Part shown: piece by piece, positions 1 to 12,782 of the stretch
How positions within the stretch are numbered: the first letter of the stretch is position 1
How the letters are laid out: the number at the start of each line of letters is the position of its first letter
DNA from: Octopus vulgaris
Taxonomy: Eukaryota
Assembly: GCA_951406725.2 (NCBI GenBank)
Contig: OX597825.1
Coordinates: forward strand, 4,092,001-4,156,000
Reading direction: 5' to 3'
Length of the DNA: 64,000 bases
Program-made: the position numbers and the translations under genes
The notes under the pieces: model-generated
Told to the model about the DNA's origin: nothing
Seen by the model: only the letters and a program-made list of their open reading frames with translations
The model's database searches: none

Positions 1-36
<36 letters not shown>

Positions 37-504
37 ACGCACACATACCTGCTTTAGAAATATTATACAATTACATAACATCTACACATAAAATATACTC
101 TAAGAAACATATTTAAAGCACATGGAGATATAGACATGCACAGAGAGTTTTATACAAAGATACAAATAGATGTATCTTCAGATGATTTCAGGTACACGTA
201 TGTATATAAACACATTTATATAAGTTCGCGCAAATATACTCATATACATATATAATGCACCCACAAATACACACACAAAAAAGCACACACTCACACACAC
301 ATAAATCTGTGTGTGAATATGTGTCTTTGAATATATACTTACGTTGTAAAGTAATAGAATGAGTTGAGAATATTTGCGTATTTCGCCTGCACACACTGAT
401 ATAGCAAATATGTGTATGCTTTAAAATTATAACGAACTCTGACGCTTCGCAAACGTATCCGACATCATTGTGACAATAGTGAAATCTTTATGGAGGCGGA
501 TTCC

Positions 505-830
505 TTATCATATGTTTGTAGATTTATAGAGAAGTATGTGAAAGAAGTAAAAGAAGAGAGCTGAGTGTACGTAATCATGGAGTGAGTTAAAAGGAATGAG
601 TTAAAAGGCAAAAAATTGCGAAAGAAACGTGCGGGAGTTAGATGTAAAACAATACAAATTTTTACAGTCGACAGTATGAAATGTAAAAAGAAGTAACTTG
701 CAGAGGTCAGATTAAATGGTGGCCGCACCCACACCAAATGAACGCATGTAGGGAGAGCATGAGTGGAGAGGTAAAAGAGTCGATACAGAAATGTCCATTT
801 CATCCAAGCGCAGAAAGGGTGGAGGGATGC
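505..830 (+). mobile_element. Possible highly decayed RTE-type LINE fragment (region after the RT domain)
   Basis: Purine-rich segment; one frame near 703-750 reads RGQIKWWPHPHQM, resembling the RRLRWFGHVxRM motif of RTE-clade ORFs. No continuous ORF. Confidence 0.3.
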
Positions 831-1329
831 GAAATGAAACCGCCGGTATAGTCATAATATATGATTAAAAAATATTTCTGAGGTAAAATATATAGTCATT
901 ACTTCAGGGACTATGCAAAACTGAAATATTCAGTACTTCTCAGGTTGCGAAGACAAAGCCATTCAGTGAATCGAGACGAGAACATGTACTAGTTGAAGAG
1001 CTATAAGATGCGCAAAGAAGTAGCACAAGATTTGCAAAAAGAACATTGAAAATGTAGATTATAATAAATGAGGGTACATTTGCATAGAAGCATAGAATCA
1101 TAAGTGTATCTCTGTGTATTTTGCGCGTATGCTCTTGTGTATCTATGTATCCAAGGTAACAGATTTCCCGATCGACACCAAGAAACGGTTTCCTTTAAGT
1201 TATTCTATTCCATGTTTCACATCAGCTGATTGAGGAAAATAACAACTCGGCGTTTATTCATGTTTATTCGTATCGTAATTATCGGAATCAAATCAGCTGC
1301 AACACAGACGGAGTAGATGCCAACAAACA

Positions 1330-1938
1330 TCATGTTCAGTAAAAATTCGCGCAAACCCACAATTGAAACATGAACCGAAGAGGAAATGAAGCGTGGGTCC
1401 ATCATAATGAAGCAGAATGCAAAAGAGAGAGTAGGGAGTGTGAACACACTGGATCGCCAGCGATGAAGTAATTCAAGACTCAAATCTGCGAAAAGGTGAT
1501 TCTAAACCGTTTTGGGGGATTCGCAAGGGCCTACAGTGTAAGATTAGTTGGAAAGGAGGTGTACGATTAACAGTGCATGATGGAGTGTTCTGCTGGCCAA
1601 CAAACTGAGGCCAGCAATTTACAAGAAACGCCGAAGCCTATGCGCAAAGAAGGCACCCTGCCTACAAACCTGATCTCGCCCCTTCCGACTATCATATTGT
1701 TGGATCGCTCAAATAATGCTGACGAGGTCATCAATTTCCTAGGAATGAATATGTGAAGGAAGCGGTGCATGGATTGTTACACGATCAACTGAAAACCTCC
1801 ATCTTGGAGGGAATACGTAAGCTTGAGGGAAAGGAAGGTGACTATATAAAAAAAATTACATACTTGTTTATCCCCCTGCTGTTGTGTAAATACATTGCAA
1901 AAGACAGAGTGCGTATAAGTTTTGACTCACCTTCGTAT
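1330..1938 (+). mobile_element. Decayed mariner (Tc1/mariner) transposon, 3' part
   Basis: Broken frames give NKLRPAIYKKRR and PAYKPDLAPSDYHI (YSPDLAPSDY motif, ~1657-1700). ORF 1753-2088 begins [23 protein letters not shown], like a mariner C-terminus. Ends in TIR-like ttttgactcaccttcg followed by TA. Confidence 0.85.
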
Positions 1939-1972
1939 ATACATATACATACATACATACATATATACATAC

Positions 1973-1974
<2 letters not shown>

Positions 1975-2060
<86 letters not shown>
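1975..2060. repeat. (TA)n microsatellite, representative of dozens of (TA)n, (CA)n, (GA)n and (CATA)n tracts in the window
   Basis: Seen directly; such tracts explain the YIYIYI, VCVC and HTHT ORFs. Confidence 0.99.
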
Positions 2061-2062
<2 letters not shown>

Positions 2063-2871
2063 TCTCATGCCATTTGTACATACATTAGTATCCCCCCTGC
2101 GCCGCTGAAATAAACACTTTCCCCTCTTTTTATAATTTCATCACTTATTTCTCTATTTCAACTTCTAGTAATTCGATATTTTCCCTGAACTTTGACACAT
2201 AAACACAAGCCCAAGAACAACTAACTACCCTTCAATTGCAATCTAAACAATCTCTGCCACTCATCACACAACTCCCCAAATCTACTTTCACATACCTTAA
2301 TACGGTCGTTATCAAACCTTTCCCACATCCTGAACTTGCTCTCTTATCACCTCTCAACATTCCCCGTCTTAACACTTCCTATTAACCCCACCTGCTTCCT
2401 CCATCTAGCACAGCTTGCTCTCCACATTTAATTATTCCACCTTTGAACTTCTCTGCATTATGAACTGAAATATAAGCCTTTACTACTCTGATGACGGAGT
2501 CTCGTTTTAACCAATGTTGACTTCTTCCATTACGTTTGGCATATTGTGATGATCTACAACTATCAGTATTATGATTGATTGCTGAGCTTCTAGTAACAGC
2601 TGTGGCACTTTCAATTTAATTCCTTCCCTTTAATTTTCTCTGTTATTTGAACTTTGTTTAATTTGGATCTATTAATGCAAATATCTAAATATTCGTTGAC
2701 TGAAAACCTCCACTCTTTGCTTTCTCTCTGTTTTCCATATCCAATCCGTTTACTGCAATATATTTTATTCGTTAACCCTCATAAGCACATTCTTTTTGCT
2801 CAAATTCATCCCTCATATAGTTATTTTTTACCCAGGGAAGTCATCGAAGCATACGTTTAAGATATTTGAGT

Positions 2872-2919
<48 letters not shown>

Positions 2920-3204
2920 GAGAGAGAAGGGGGGACTGTAAATACTTAGTCAAAAGTCGTACTATTGTCGTTGTGTATGTTAAGCGTTGAACAGATTGAG
3001 TATTTAGTAAGAGCTGCTGAAGAAAATTGAGAAGTAAACCAGAATACTAATTCTTCCTCTGTATTAAGTGACTTTGTAAGCGATATTCGAGCGGTCCAGA
3101 GTTGCAATTTTCGAAAGTGGCGAAATTTAGAAATGTATTGTGTACCAGCAACTATATATATATATATTAACAGACAAAAATTGTGAAGCATGACTGTCAC
3201 TACA

Positions 3205-3249
3205 TGAACCTGAAGATTGCAGAATTTAATGCATGAAAGTACTAGTTCA
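3205..3249 (+). ncRNA. Minimal type I hammerhead ribozyme motif (PLE type)
   Basis: tgaac-CTGAAGA-t-tgca...tgca-t-GAAA-gtac-TA-gttca: 5-bp stem I, both core boxes, 4-bp stem II (U-U at 10.1/11.1), palindromic stem III agtact. Confidence 0.75.
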
Positions 3250-3381
3250 ATCAGAATGAATATTTAACATTCTATTATTTTATTTTATTTTATTTTATTT
3301 TATTTTATTATCTTATATTATATCATTATAAGATTGTAAATAAAACGTGAAAATCAAACAAGGTTGGAATTCCTTCTATTA

Positions 3382-3448
<67 letters not shown>

Positions 3449-4667
3449 GTCATTCCATAGTTCTGTCCAATTTTACCTTTTTTCTTAAATTGAATGAAAT
3501 TTTATATTATTTTAGAATGTTTAATGGAACTAAAATAATTATGCATTGGTGTACGTTTAAACTAATTAAATATTTTTCAGAATAATAGAATTAAAATTTC
3601 TTTGATTAAACATGGAAGTATCCAAAGAGCATTTGAGACACATAATGCTTTATGAGTACAAAGCGACTCAAAACATACATTCAGTTTATGGGAAAGAATG
3701 CTTGAATGAAAGAACTTGCAGAAGCTGGTATGCAAAATTCAGAAGTGGAGATTTCAGCCTTGAAGATGAAGATCAAACAGGACGTCCAGTTGAGTTTGAT
3801 GATAAGCACCTTGAGGCATTACTTGAAGAAAATCCTGCATTATCAGTTGTAGAATTGGCAATAAAGCTTAGTTCAAACCATACAATTGTTCATCGTCATC
3901 TTCAACAACTTCAAAAGTTTCCTAAACTTGGAAAATGGGTACCTCATGAATTGTCCGAAAGTAACAGCAAATCCCGAGTTGACATTTGCTCTTCTGTCCA
4001 TTGCCGCGAACTCATTTCACCCTTTTTGTACAGACGTGTGAATGGTGAGGACAAATGGAACATTTGTCGAAATATTAAACGTCATTAACAGTTTCTTGGT
4101 AAAAGGGGAAAAGCTCAGCCACAACCGAGAAGGGAAAGCGTCTTCTCTCTATCTGGTGGGATTGCAACGGGGCAATCCACTTTGAATTGTTAACACCTAA
4201 TGCAACAATCAATGTCCAAGTCTACTGTCAGCAATTAGAGCGTCTGAACCAAGTTTTGAAGAAAAAAGACCCCCTTTAGTGAATCGAACAGGAGTAATGT
4301 TTGATCAGGACAATGCGCGACGCTACACTGCAAAGATCACATCCCAAAAGATCGAAGAGCTTGGTTGGGAAAAATTCCTCATCCACCTTATTCTCCCCAA
4401 CTTGCTCCTTAAGACTACCATTTGTTTCGTAATTTAAAAAATCATTTGGGGAACATAACTTTCGCAAGTCAGGAGGAGGTTGAAACTGACATTTCAGAGT
4501 TTTCCTCTTTGAAACCGAAAGAGTTTTACATTGATGAAATTAAAAAGTTTTTAAATAGATGGAAGGAAGTCATAGATAATTTGGGAAAGTGCATTGATAG
4601 TTAAATTTCAATTAAATGTAAGATCTTATCACTTGTTTTCTTAATTCAAAATTTGGACATAACTTAT
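3449..4667 (+). mobile_element. Near full-length mariner element with disrupted transposase
   Basis: Imperfect TIRs (atagttctgtccaatttt ~3457-3474 / aaaatttggacataacttat 4648-4667), ~1.2 kb length and an internal transposase pseudogene. Confidence 0.93.
3612..4604 (+). pseudogene. Mariner DD34D transposase pseudogene
   Basis: ORF 3612-4088 has the HTH region (WYAKFRSGDFSLEDEDQTGRP), LGKWVPHEL and NGEDKW (decayed TGDEKW). Downstream frames give DQDNAR and HPPYSPNL. ORF 4422-4604 is the C-terminus (RWKEVIDNLGKCID). Stops and frameshifts lie between. Confidence 0.93.
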
Positions 4668-4685
4668 ATATATATGCTGTAGAGG

Positions 4686-4785
<100 letters not shown>

Positions 4786-5469
4786 GAGCTAGTGAGAGAG
4801 AGAAACGTACGTGTTGGCGACTGGTTATACTTCATGGTTTATTGTTGTTTATTTAATTAATTCATTTACTGCTTCCCATTTATAAACAATTCGTTTTTGT
4901 CTCCAGGGTTCTCCTTGCTGTTTGCCCTTTTGTCTTTCATTCTGGTCCAATTCGATGGCTTTCTCTTTTCTGTTAGTCTATTCTTATTTTATGCATGTAT
5001 TAATCATTACACCGACTACATAACCTCTTGAATGTTCAACGGTGTCTTAACATTCTACGACTTTACTAACACCTAAAGTAGCATGAAGCAAACAGACCCT
5101 CCCTCCCTCGCAATCTCACGCTATTTCAGTCGCATTGCTACGCATTTCTACAGAGTGAAGAAAACATATGCGCTTCAAACGACCAAACACACCCCACTGC
5201 ACGCGTCTCCATTCAGATATACTCTCACATAGATGTACGTTTCTCCTCATCCTCGCCTTTTCTAACTTCCATAGAATTACATTAGACCTATCGTGCATTT
5301 TATTTCCTAGTTTCGTCAATTTTTTTCATAGTTGCTGATTAAGGACTGGCCCTTAAGCTTTAAAATATTCCAACAGTTGTTAAAACTTTTCACTCCTGTG
5401 TTGTCTTAGTTTTCGTACACAGTGTGTGCCTGTATATTGCATGTGTGTGTGTGTGCATCAGTTTTTGTT

Positions 5470-5516
<47 letters not shown>

Positions 5517-7904
5517 TTATACATATGTCTGCGTTTCTACATACGCCAATATGATTAAATATCGGCAGCAGACACTTTGTCTGATATTTCACTCCAAAGT
5601 TTTGTCATGTGATTCATACAATTCAATTTTCTCTACAGCTAATTCTCATTTACAGAGAATTATACATATTTTATGTTGCTAAGAAATGCTAATTTTATTT
5701 TTTCTTGTTTTTATTCATTCCTTTCTTATTATATATATATGGCAGTACATTCTATTTCTGAAATTAATATATTAACAAATTCGTAAAGTACAGCCATCCG
5801 TTCATGTTGTTTTACAATCATCAAGGGTATATTGTTAAGATAAAGCAGAAATATTATCGTGGTATCATATAGAATTGTATGTTATCGCACCAGCTGAACT
5901 CTTCAGACTATTAAGTTGAGATATTGATTAATCTTTACATTATAAGTTTATGATTGCAAAGACGAAAATATATGCATGCCATGTCAATATTTAAGTTTCT
6001 ACAATGAGATGCACCTCAGAAAAAAAAGAATAAATAGATAAAAATTAATAATAGTGAAATGGCGAATAACCCCTTTTATTTAAAATCCCTTTGTTATAGG
6101 ATTGAATGTCACCTCTGAAGAAGAATGATAGATTGAATAATATGTTGGTGCTCTTTGCACTGTCTGACATTAAGGTAATTTTATCATGGCTACAACGCTT
6201 TGTGCTTTACAAATTAAAGTATGGAACTGCAAATATTATTTCCGTCTATTTGAAGTTCATCTGAATCAAGTACTCAATACGCACTTGAATCTCAAAATAC
6301 ATGGGTTTTAAGTGTAAGCGTAAATTTTGAGATTCACATGCATAAAAACAATTTTTACCCATATTTCTATTATTTGCTAGCAAAAATATTCAGTATATCC
6401 GAATTAGGTGCTGTTAATGTGAGATATTCTGTATAGTCTCAACTTTGCATTGTTTTCTTCGAAATATACTGATGTATTTAATAGTGTAGATAAACATAAA
6501 GATAGCAATGGTTGTGGCTGGGATGTTGTTTCATTCATAGACATATTTGATCATAGTTTTTAAAAATTATGACAAATGCAAACAATTTTACTAAGCGTTC
6601 ATATTACTCTGCAACATCAAGATATTCTTTAGTACCTATATCGCATGGGAAGTTCTTGTTGCCAAAGCGACATGAGCACCAATTTTTTGAATTAGGTATT
6701 TCATGGGCTGACTCTTTGAAGCTTGAATTTCGATGAAATATGTAATGCCTAGAAAATATTTCAGCATTTGGTACAAGTTATTTGCCTCATCTCGAACTGA
6801 TATTTACGCGAACGTTCTTACAAATGATTTATGAATGACTTGGATAGAATACTGTCGAATCCATTCAATCCATCTTCCAAATATTCTTTAATTCAGTAAG
6901 TCCGTGTAAAACAAAATTTCAAATAAATAAACGTATATTACTAAAATTGATTAAAATATCTCAAAGTATAAATTCCTATTATTATGATAATTTCATTTAA
7001 TTACTGGAATTCCTCTCTAATGAAATAAATATCGATGTCGTAAAATACTAATCGAACTCTTAATTATCAGTCGCGAGACATGTTATAAATATGTATCATG
7101 TTCTTTGCATGATTTAATTACACGTAATCAAACATTCAATTAAAGTTTATTTTGCTTCAAGTTAATTAAGTTGGTGGCATGCATGTGTCAGTATTAGATA
7201 AATAACTATTTATTCAAGAGAATATTTATGACTCAAAGTTTACACAATATTGCATATAACTAATATTCTATTCAACAAACTATCGATCGAATGGGTAGAC
7301 TGCCGACGAAGCCAAGCCACTACATGCTGTGTGTATTAATTAAAATCGGACCCAAATCTCTTTCAAATCACCCTCTATTTATGTACATATATTAAATAAT
7401 TTACAATTAGAGAGACTCAGAATGAAAGGAATTAAAGGGGTCATATATGCCCTTGATAATAATTATGCTGAGTTAAGGTCGAATTAGAGCTAAGCTACAC
7501 CCCCACGTCTGCTTTCCTTGTATAAATTACATACTTTGCAAAAGGTTAAATAAAATAGAAAGATATCTATCTCTTTGGCATTTTAAAATTTGTTTAGTTT
7601 TTTGAATGCGACATAGTTACTTCCTTTGATCCTATAATTATTCTAATTAGATTTGAAACGCAAAATTTAGTCATTTCTTTAAATATATAATGTAATTATT
7701 TATAAGATACCGCGTTGTTGAATTATTGCAGTTCACTGAAATTCATCCTTAGCAGAAAAAACTTACCAGTTATATGCACGTTCCCCTGATATCAGAAGTG
7801 TTTCTATAGTTGTGTCTCTCCGTTTTGTTGCTGCAATACACTGCAACAGTCATTCAAAAATACTCAGTAACTATCTTCTACATGCCAATACACACACACA
7901 ACGC

Positions 7905-7961
<57 letters not shown>

Positions 7962-7963
<2 letters not shown>

Positions 7964-8275
7964 ATGGGTCATCTTCTAAATAATGCGGATTGCTTATGCT
8001 TCTTATTATTTTTTTAAAAATTAAAATAAAGAAAGTTCTTTTCTGATTAAATAATATATTCTCCTTCATTTTCTACAATACTCTTCCATCTATCTGGAAG
8101 ACTTGCAAGGCCCCTCTTCTAAAAACACACACACACACACACACACACCATTACTGTTCTGAATTCTTCTGCAGAATTAATATTTTTTTCCGTCCAAATG
8201 ATTTTGATGACTGCAGAATAAATGATAATCAGATGTGACAATGTCCGGCAAAAATATGGTGGGTGGGGCATCGCT
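7962..8275 (-). mobile_element. Mariner 3' fragment interrupted by (CA)n
   Basis: Minus strand gives MPHPPY..PDIVTSDYH and GLASLPDRWKSIVENEGEYII*. The end (tgggtcatcttctaaataatgcggatt) resembles the TIR of the element at 47721-48612. Confidence 0.85.
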
Positions 8276-8435
8276 TAAATATATATATATAAATTTTATA
8301 TACACACGCTGACATATGACCGACGTTCAACCCCTTATTCGCATAAACCTGGAACCTAACTATGGTCTATCTATAGCACTTATTCATCATTACCTGACAC
8401 CTTTGGGTTTCAATGACACCATTACCTCTTATAAC

Positions 8436-8472
<37 letters not shown>

Positions 8473-8547
8473 AAGGGAGAGAGAGAGAGCGATAGAAAGA
8501 GAGAGAGAGTTGGAATCTACAAAAAACAAACAAAACAAAAGACGTAG

Positions 8548-8617
8548 ACGAGCGTGTAAACAACAAACAGATGTACTATTTTACGAGCGTGTAAACAACA
8601 AACAGATGTACTATTTT
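8548..8617. repeat. Exact 35-bp tandem duplication inside an interspersed repeat
   Basis: acgagcgtgtaaacaacaaacagatgtactatttt at 8548-8582 and 8583-8617. Confidence 0.95.
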
Positions 8618-8980
8618 CACGCTCGGGAGGTGAGAAAGTCTTTGATGTTTCGAGCCTACGTTCTTCAACTGAAAGGAACACAGAATTAAACAGAGAGAGA
8701 AAACATGTTAGTAGCTGGGGTCTTTTACAAATTACTTTTATTGTTTTAAGATAATTTTCTTTCACTTTTTTACGAGATATCCAGTGCATTTTTCTGGTGA
8801 GTTCTAATAGACAACAATCGTCTGATATATAAATTCCTGCCCCGATAACAAAATAGTTTCGTCTGCTAGGAGCGTGTTTTTTCTTTTATGTACCAAGTGC
8901 CGTTATGAGAGGGTTCATCAAGTTTAATAGCGCAATATTCAGTGTTCTAACAAGACATCCATTTTAAGTTGGATATGAGG

Positions 8981-9318
8981 ATTACATTTTAATATTTGCA
9001 TATGTGTGTGTATGTTAGTGTGCCTGTGTGTGTATCCATATATATATTTTTTCTTGTTTCAGCTCAGAATTGCGGCGATGCTGATGCACCGCCGTTATAC
9101 ATATATATATATACGTAGTTAGAGAGAGAGAGAAACATAGATAAGGAGAGAAATATATCCATTCCTGCATACATACATACATACATATATACATGCACAA
9201 ACACACGTATATATATGTGTGTGTTTGTGTGTATGTATATATGTATGTATGTATGCAGGAATGGATATATTTCTCTCCGTCTATCTGTTTCTTTCTCTAT
9301 CTATGTATATATATCCAT

Positions 9319-9350
<32 letters not shown>

Positions 9351-9351
9351 A

Positions 9352-9409
<58 letters not shown>

Positions 9410-9480
9410 ATACTCACACAGGCACGCTAACATACACACACATATGCACTCACGCACATATTCAAATATCAAAATGTAAT
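8981..9480. repeat. Long imperfect inverted repeat (foldback) centred near 9212
   Basis: ggagagaaatatatccattcctgcatacatac (from 9145) is the reverse complement of gtatgtatgcaggaatggatatatttctctcc (to 9278). Outer arms 8981-9045 and 9403-9480 also pair. Confidence 0.9.
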
Positions 9481-11289
9481 GTGTGTGATATGCGCGCGTG
9501 CTGTGTGTGTGCGTTTGTTAAATATTACATATAAATTCGGTTGACGATTTGTGTACACTGAAGGTAACACCTCAACATAGAAACTTTCACTATAGTTTAA
9601 ATTCAGTTCAACATATGTTGACAGAAATATATTGGGTTTGGTAGTTTGCTAAGGAGACGCTTTTCACTGACCACGCTATTAATATTTACCTTAGGCAATT
9701 GAAATTTTCACAAAGAAAACGACTGCACGTCTCTTCCCATCACACCCACACACAAACGCATACTTTGCTAAACCAACTGACTCTTATCACATAGCGCATA
9801 ACATATACCGATTGCACCCAATGTCATTAATTTTGATATTGTTTCTAGTCTCCTATTACTTTATTTTATCAATCAATAACGAACGATAAATCACTTATTA
9901 GAAGTCAGAATTTAGTGCTTTTGTAGTGAACTTTTACTCCTGCTGAACTACAGACGGTGTTATTCAAATAATCAGAATATAAGACATCTACATGTATATT
10001 TGTATATTTCCATTTCAAAGGAAGATAAAAGAAGACTTCCTAGAAGATACTTGTTGAAACATTTTATTCTAAACGTACTTCGTAGCTTCGTCCTATGTTT
10101 CCTTAGAAACCACAACGTTTGTTATTCTTCTACGTCTCTTTATTCTCTGTTCTCGCCATGATCTTCGAACGTGTGACGAAATGAATGCAAACAGAATTAC
10201 ACAGTTCTACATGTAAGTTTCTGATTCACTGTTGTTGAGAAATATTTTATAAAGGTTTCTCTTTATTCAGCTGAATTTGCTTATTCCTTAGATCCTGAAT
10301 ATCGGTTTTGAAAGTATTTCATGTGTAAGATAATATTTACTGATCATTCAGTTTTGAAGGACGACAATGTAATTACTATTTTCAGACAGAACAAAGACTA
10401 AAACATCTGAAATACATGGTAAAAACATCGACATCAAAGCATTATACTTGTGTGTCTCTACCAACACTGCCAACTTCATTTTTCTTGGAATCATTTTAGA
10501 TATTAGATTACATCTTCCAGTACCGGAAATCCATCAAGAAATGAAATTTGGTAAGAAGTGATAAAGAGAAAATTATAACATAACAACAAGTAGAGGCATA
10601 TATATAACAAAGAGCAGATCGATAAACTGCATTGCCATCATTATACATATGCATTTAACAAAGCACCAATTTCCACGCAAAGGTTACTTGGAATTATCGG
10701 AATGTAATTATTATTATATCCTCACAATAATAAACCACAATGAAATGTTGTTTCTTATTGTTGTTGTTGATCATGTTGTTGTTGTCGTTGCAGTATATGA
10801 TATTGTTGATGCATGTTGAAAGAAAACTTAGTTTGAAAGTTTTAATTTATTGTATATATTTCTAGAATCGGAACTGGAACGCTTAATTAGTAATGCATTG
10901 CAAAAGAATGGATTCTGTAAATGTGACATAGAGTTTAAATTCTAGTTTACGTTTCTTTATGGAAGATCTAATAATTGGTGTCGGCGTTGACGATAATTAA
11001 AATCTGTAGAAAGCACAACACTGTTTGAGCAAATGAGAATTCAATGGAAAACGGCATATGGATATAAATTTCGAATTCTATTAAGTATAAACATATCAGC
11101 ACACACATACGCGCGCACACACACACACACTTTTGTGTATGTAAGTGTGTGTGTGTGTGTTTGTGTGTATATATATATACACACACATATATATATATAT
11201 ACATATATGTATATGCACACACACACACATATATATATATATGCATAAACTTATATTTCATGTATAAGATAATATTTGCTGATCGGTTC

Positions 11290-11640
11290 GGTTTATCATT
11301 TATGTTTCCGTGTTCAATCCTAGTGCATGGCACCTTGAGCAAGTACTTTCTGATACAGCCGCAGTACATCCGCAGCCTTCAGAGAGGATATGTTATACAA
11401 AACAGTAAGAAGCCTGTCGTATGTGTGTGTCTGTGTACATGTGTGTGCGTGCGTGCGCTTGTCTCTTCGTTTCTGTGTTTTTCCTCCACCATAGCTTGAA
11501 AACCGCTGTCGGTTTGTTTACATCCCCGTAATTTTACGTTTCGGAAAGATGAGGTTTACAAACAATGTACTGGAAACAATTCTTTCCAAAACAATAATCT
11601 GCATGCTGGTGCTCCATCATGGACGGAAACAAGTAAATAA
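11290..11640 (+). mobile_element. Decayed tRNA-derived SINE
   Basis: B-box-like gtgttcaatcc followed by catggcaccttgagcaag; tail (ggtttgtttacatccccgta ... gctggtgctccatcatgg) shared with copies at ~32000-32400, ~37900-38070 and ~39890-40075. Confidence 0.7.
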
Positions 11641-11739
11641 CCATCGAACCGGCATTTCGTCCAGGAGGAAACTGTATACGGCACATTTATAATATGGCGC
11701 ATTTACGAGTTACGAGCCTCACTAAGATGGATAGATGAC

Positions 11740-12340
11740 AGAGTTTTTAAATCTTGCATGCAGTTTTTCAACATTTTTATTAATAGATGCATCGTTTCTG
11801 CCTAGGTAAACTGATGTTTCACAGTTCATAGGAGACATAACATTTAACTTTTAGCGACTCCACGTGAAAATGAATAATATTTTCAAGGGTGGTGTTATAA
11901 AGTACTTGTAGAAAAAAGGAAAAAATGTCCCAAAGGATATTTATGCTAAAGTGTTTACTATATTAGAGGTTGACGCACTAGATTTATCAACAGCGAAAAA
12001 GTGGGCAGGTGAATGTAGAAGGAGACATAAGTGTCTTCAAGATGACCCGAGTTCTACTCATCCTGGAACTGTTATTGCCGAAGAAAACATTGATCGTGTT
12101 CACCAGATGGTGATGGATGACAGACGTTTGACTACAAATCAAACAACCAATGTCATTGGCTTATCCCGTGAGAGACTTGAGAATATTCTGCAAAATGAAG
12201 TTGGTATATGATAAAAGTTTTTGCTCGGTTGGTGCCACGTCTTCTGACACCTGATCAATAGGGCTCTCAGAGTATCACAACACATGAAAATCTGACATTT
12301 CTTTGAGGCTGATTCATCTGGTTTCCTTGAAGCCAGGATG
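11740..12340 (+). mobile_element. Mariner 5' fragment (transposase HTH region)
   Basis: ORF 11951-12211 (STAKKWAGECRR..LQDDPSSTHP..EENIDRVHQMVMDDRRLT), continuing after a frameshift as KVFARLVPRLLTPDQ (WVPRLL motif). Confidence 0.88.
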
Positions 12341-12460
12341 CTCCGATTATAACCCTAACGTTAAATCCTATGAAGTAGAAAACAGTTTCATAAAAGATTT
12401 AATGGGAATCAGATTTTAAAAAAGTTTCTACTCTATTAAACAATATATATGTTTGTGTGT

Positions 12461-12524
<64 letters not shown>

Positions 12525-12596
12525 AAGAATAAGATCGTTATTTAAATATCGAGCGTATCGAGTAGTCAGGATGAGAATGAAAAACCTTCAAAGGTA

Positions 12597-12782
12597 ATAA
12601 TTATTATTAAAATTATAATTTAGGGTATCTAAGAGATACCACCACGCTTGAAATAGCAGCCAAAACTTGACTCTAAAACCACATTAATCTTTTCATATGG
12701 TTTTAGAATCAAGTTTTGGCTGCTATTTCAAGCGTGGTGGTATCATTTAGATACCCTAAATTATAATTTCAATAATAATTAT
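12597..12782. repeat. Near-perfect inverted repeat, ~85-bp arms, 16-nt loop
   Basis: 12597-12681 (..gataccaccacgcttgaaatagcagccaaaacttga..) is the reverse complement of 12698-12782, with few mismatches. Confidence 0.97.

Noticed and set aside
1842-2113. Many 60-170 aa ORFs rich in YI, VC, HT or LS repeats (here and throughout)
   Set aside because: They are translations of (TA)n, (TG)n, (CA)n and (TC)n microsatellites, not genes.
8632-8680. Minus-strand TTGAAGA-acgtaggctc-GAAA-catc hammerhead-like motif
   Set aside because: C3 is missing, and stem I, stem II and the UH site cannot be formed in this copy; at most a distant relic.
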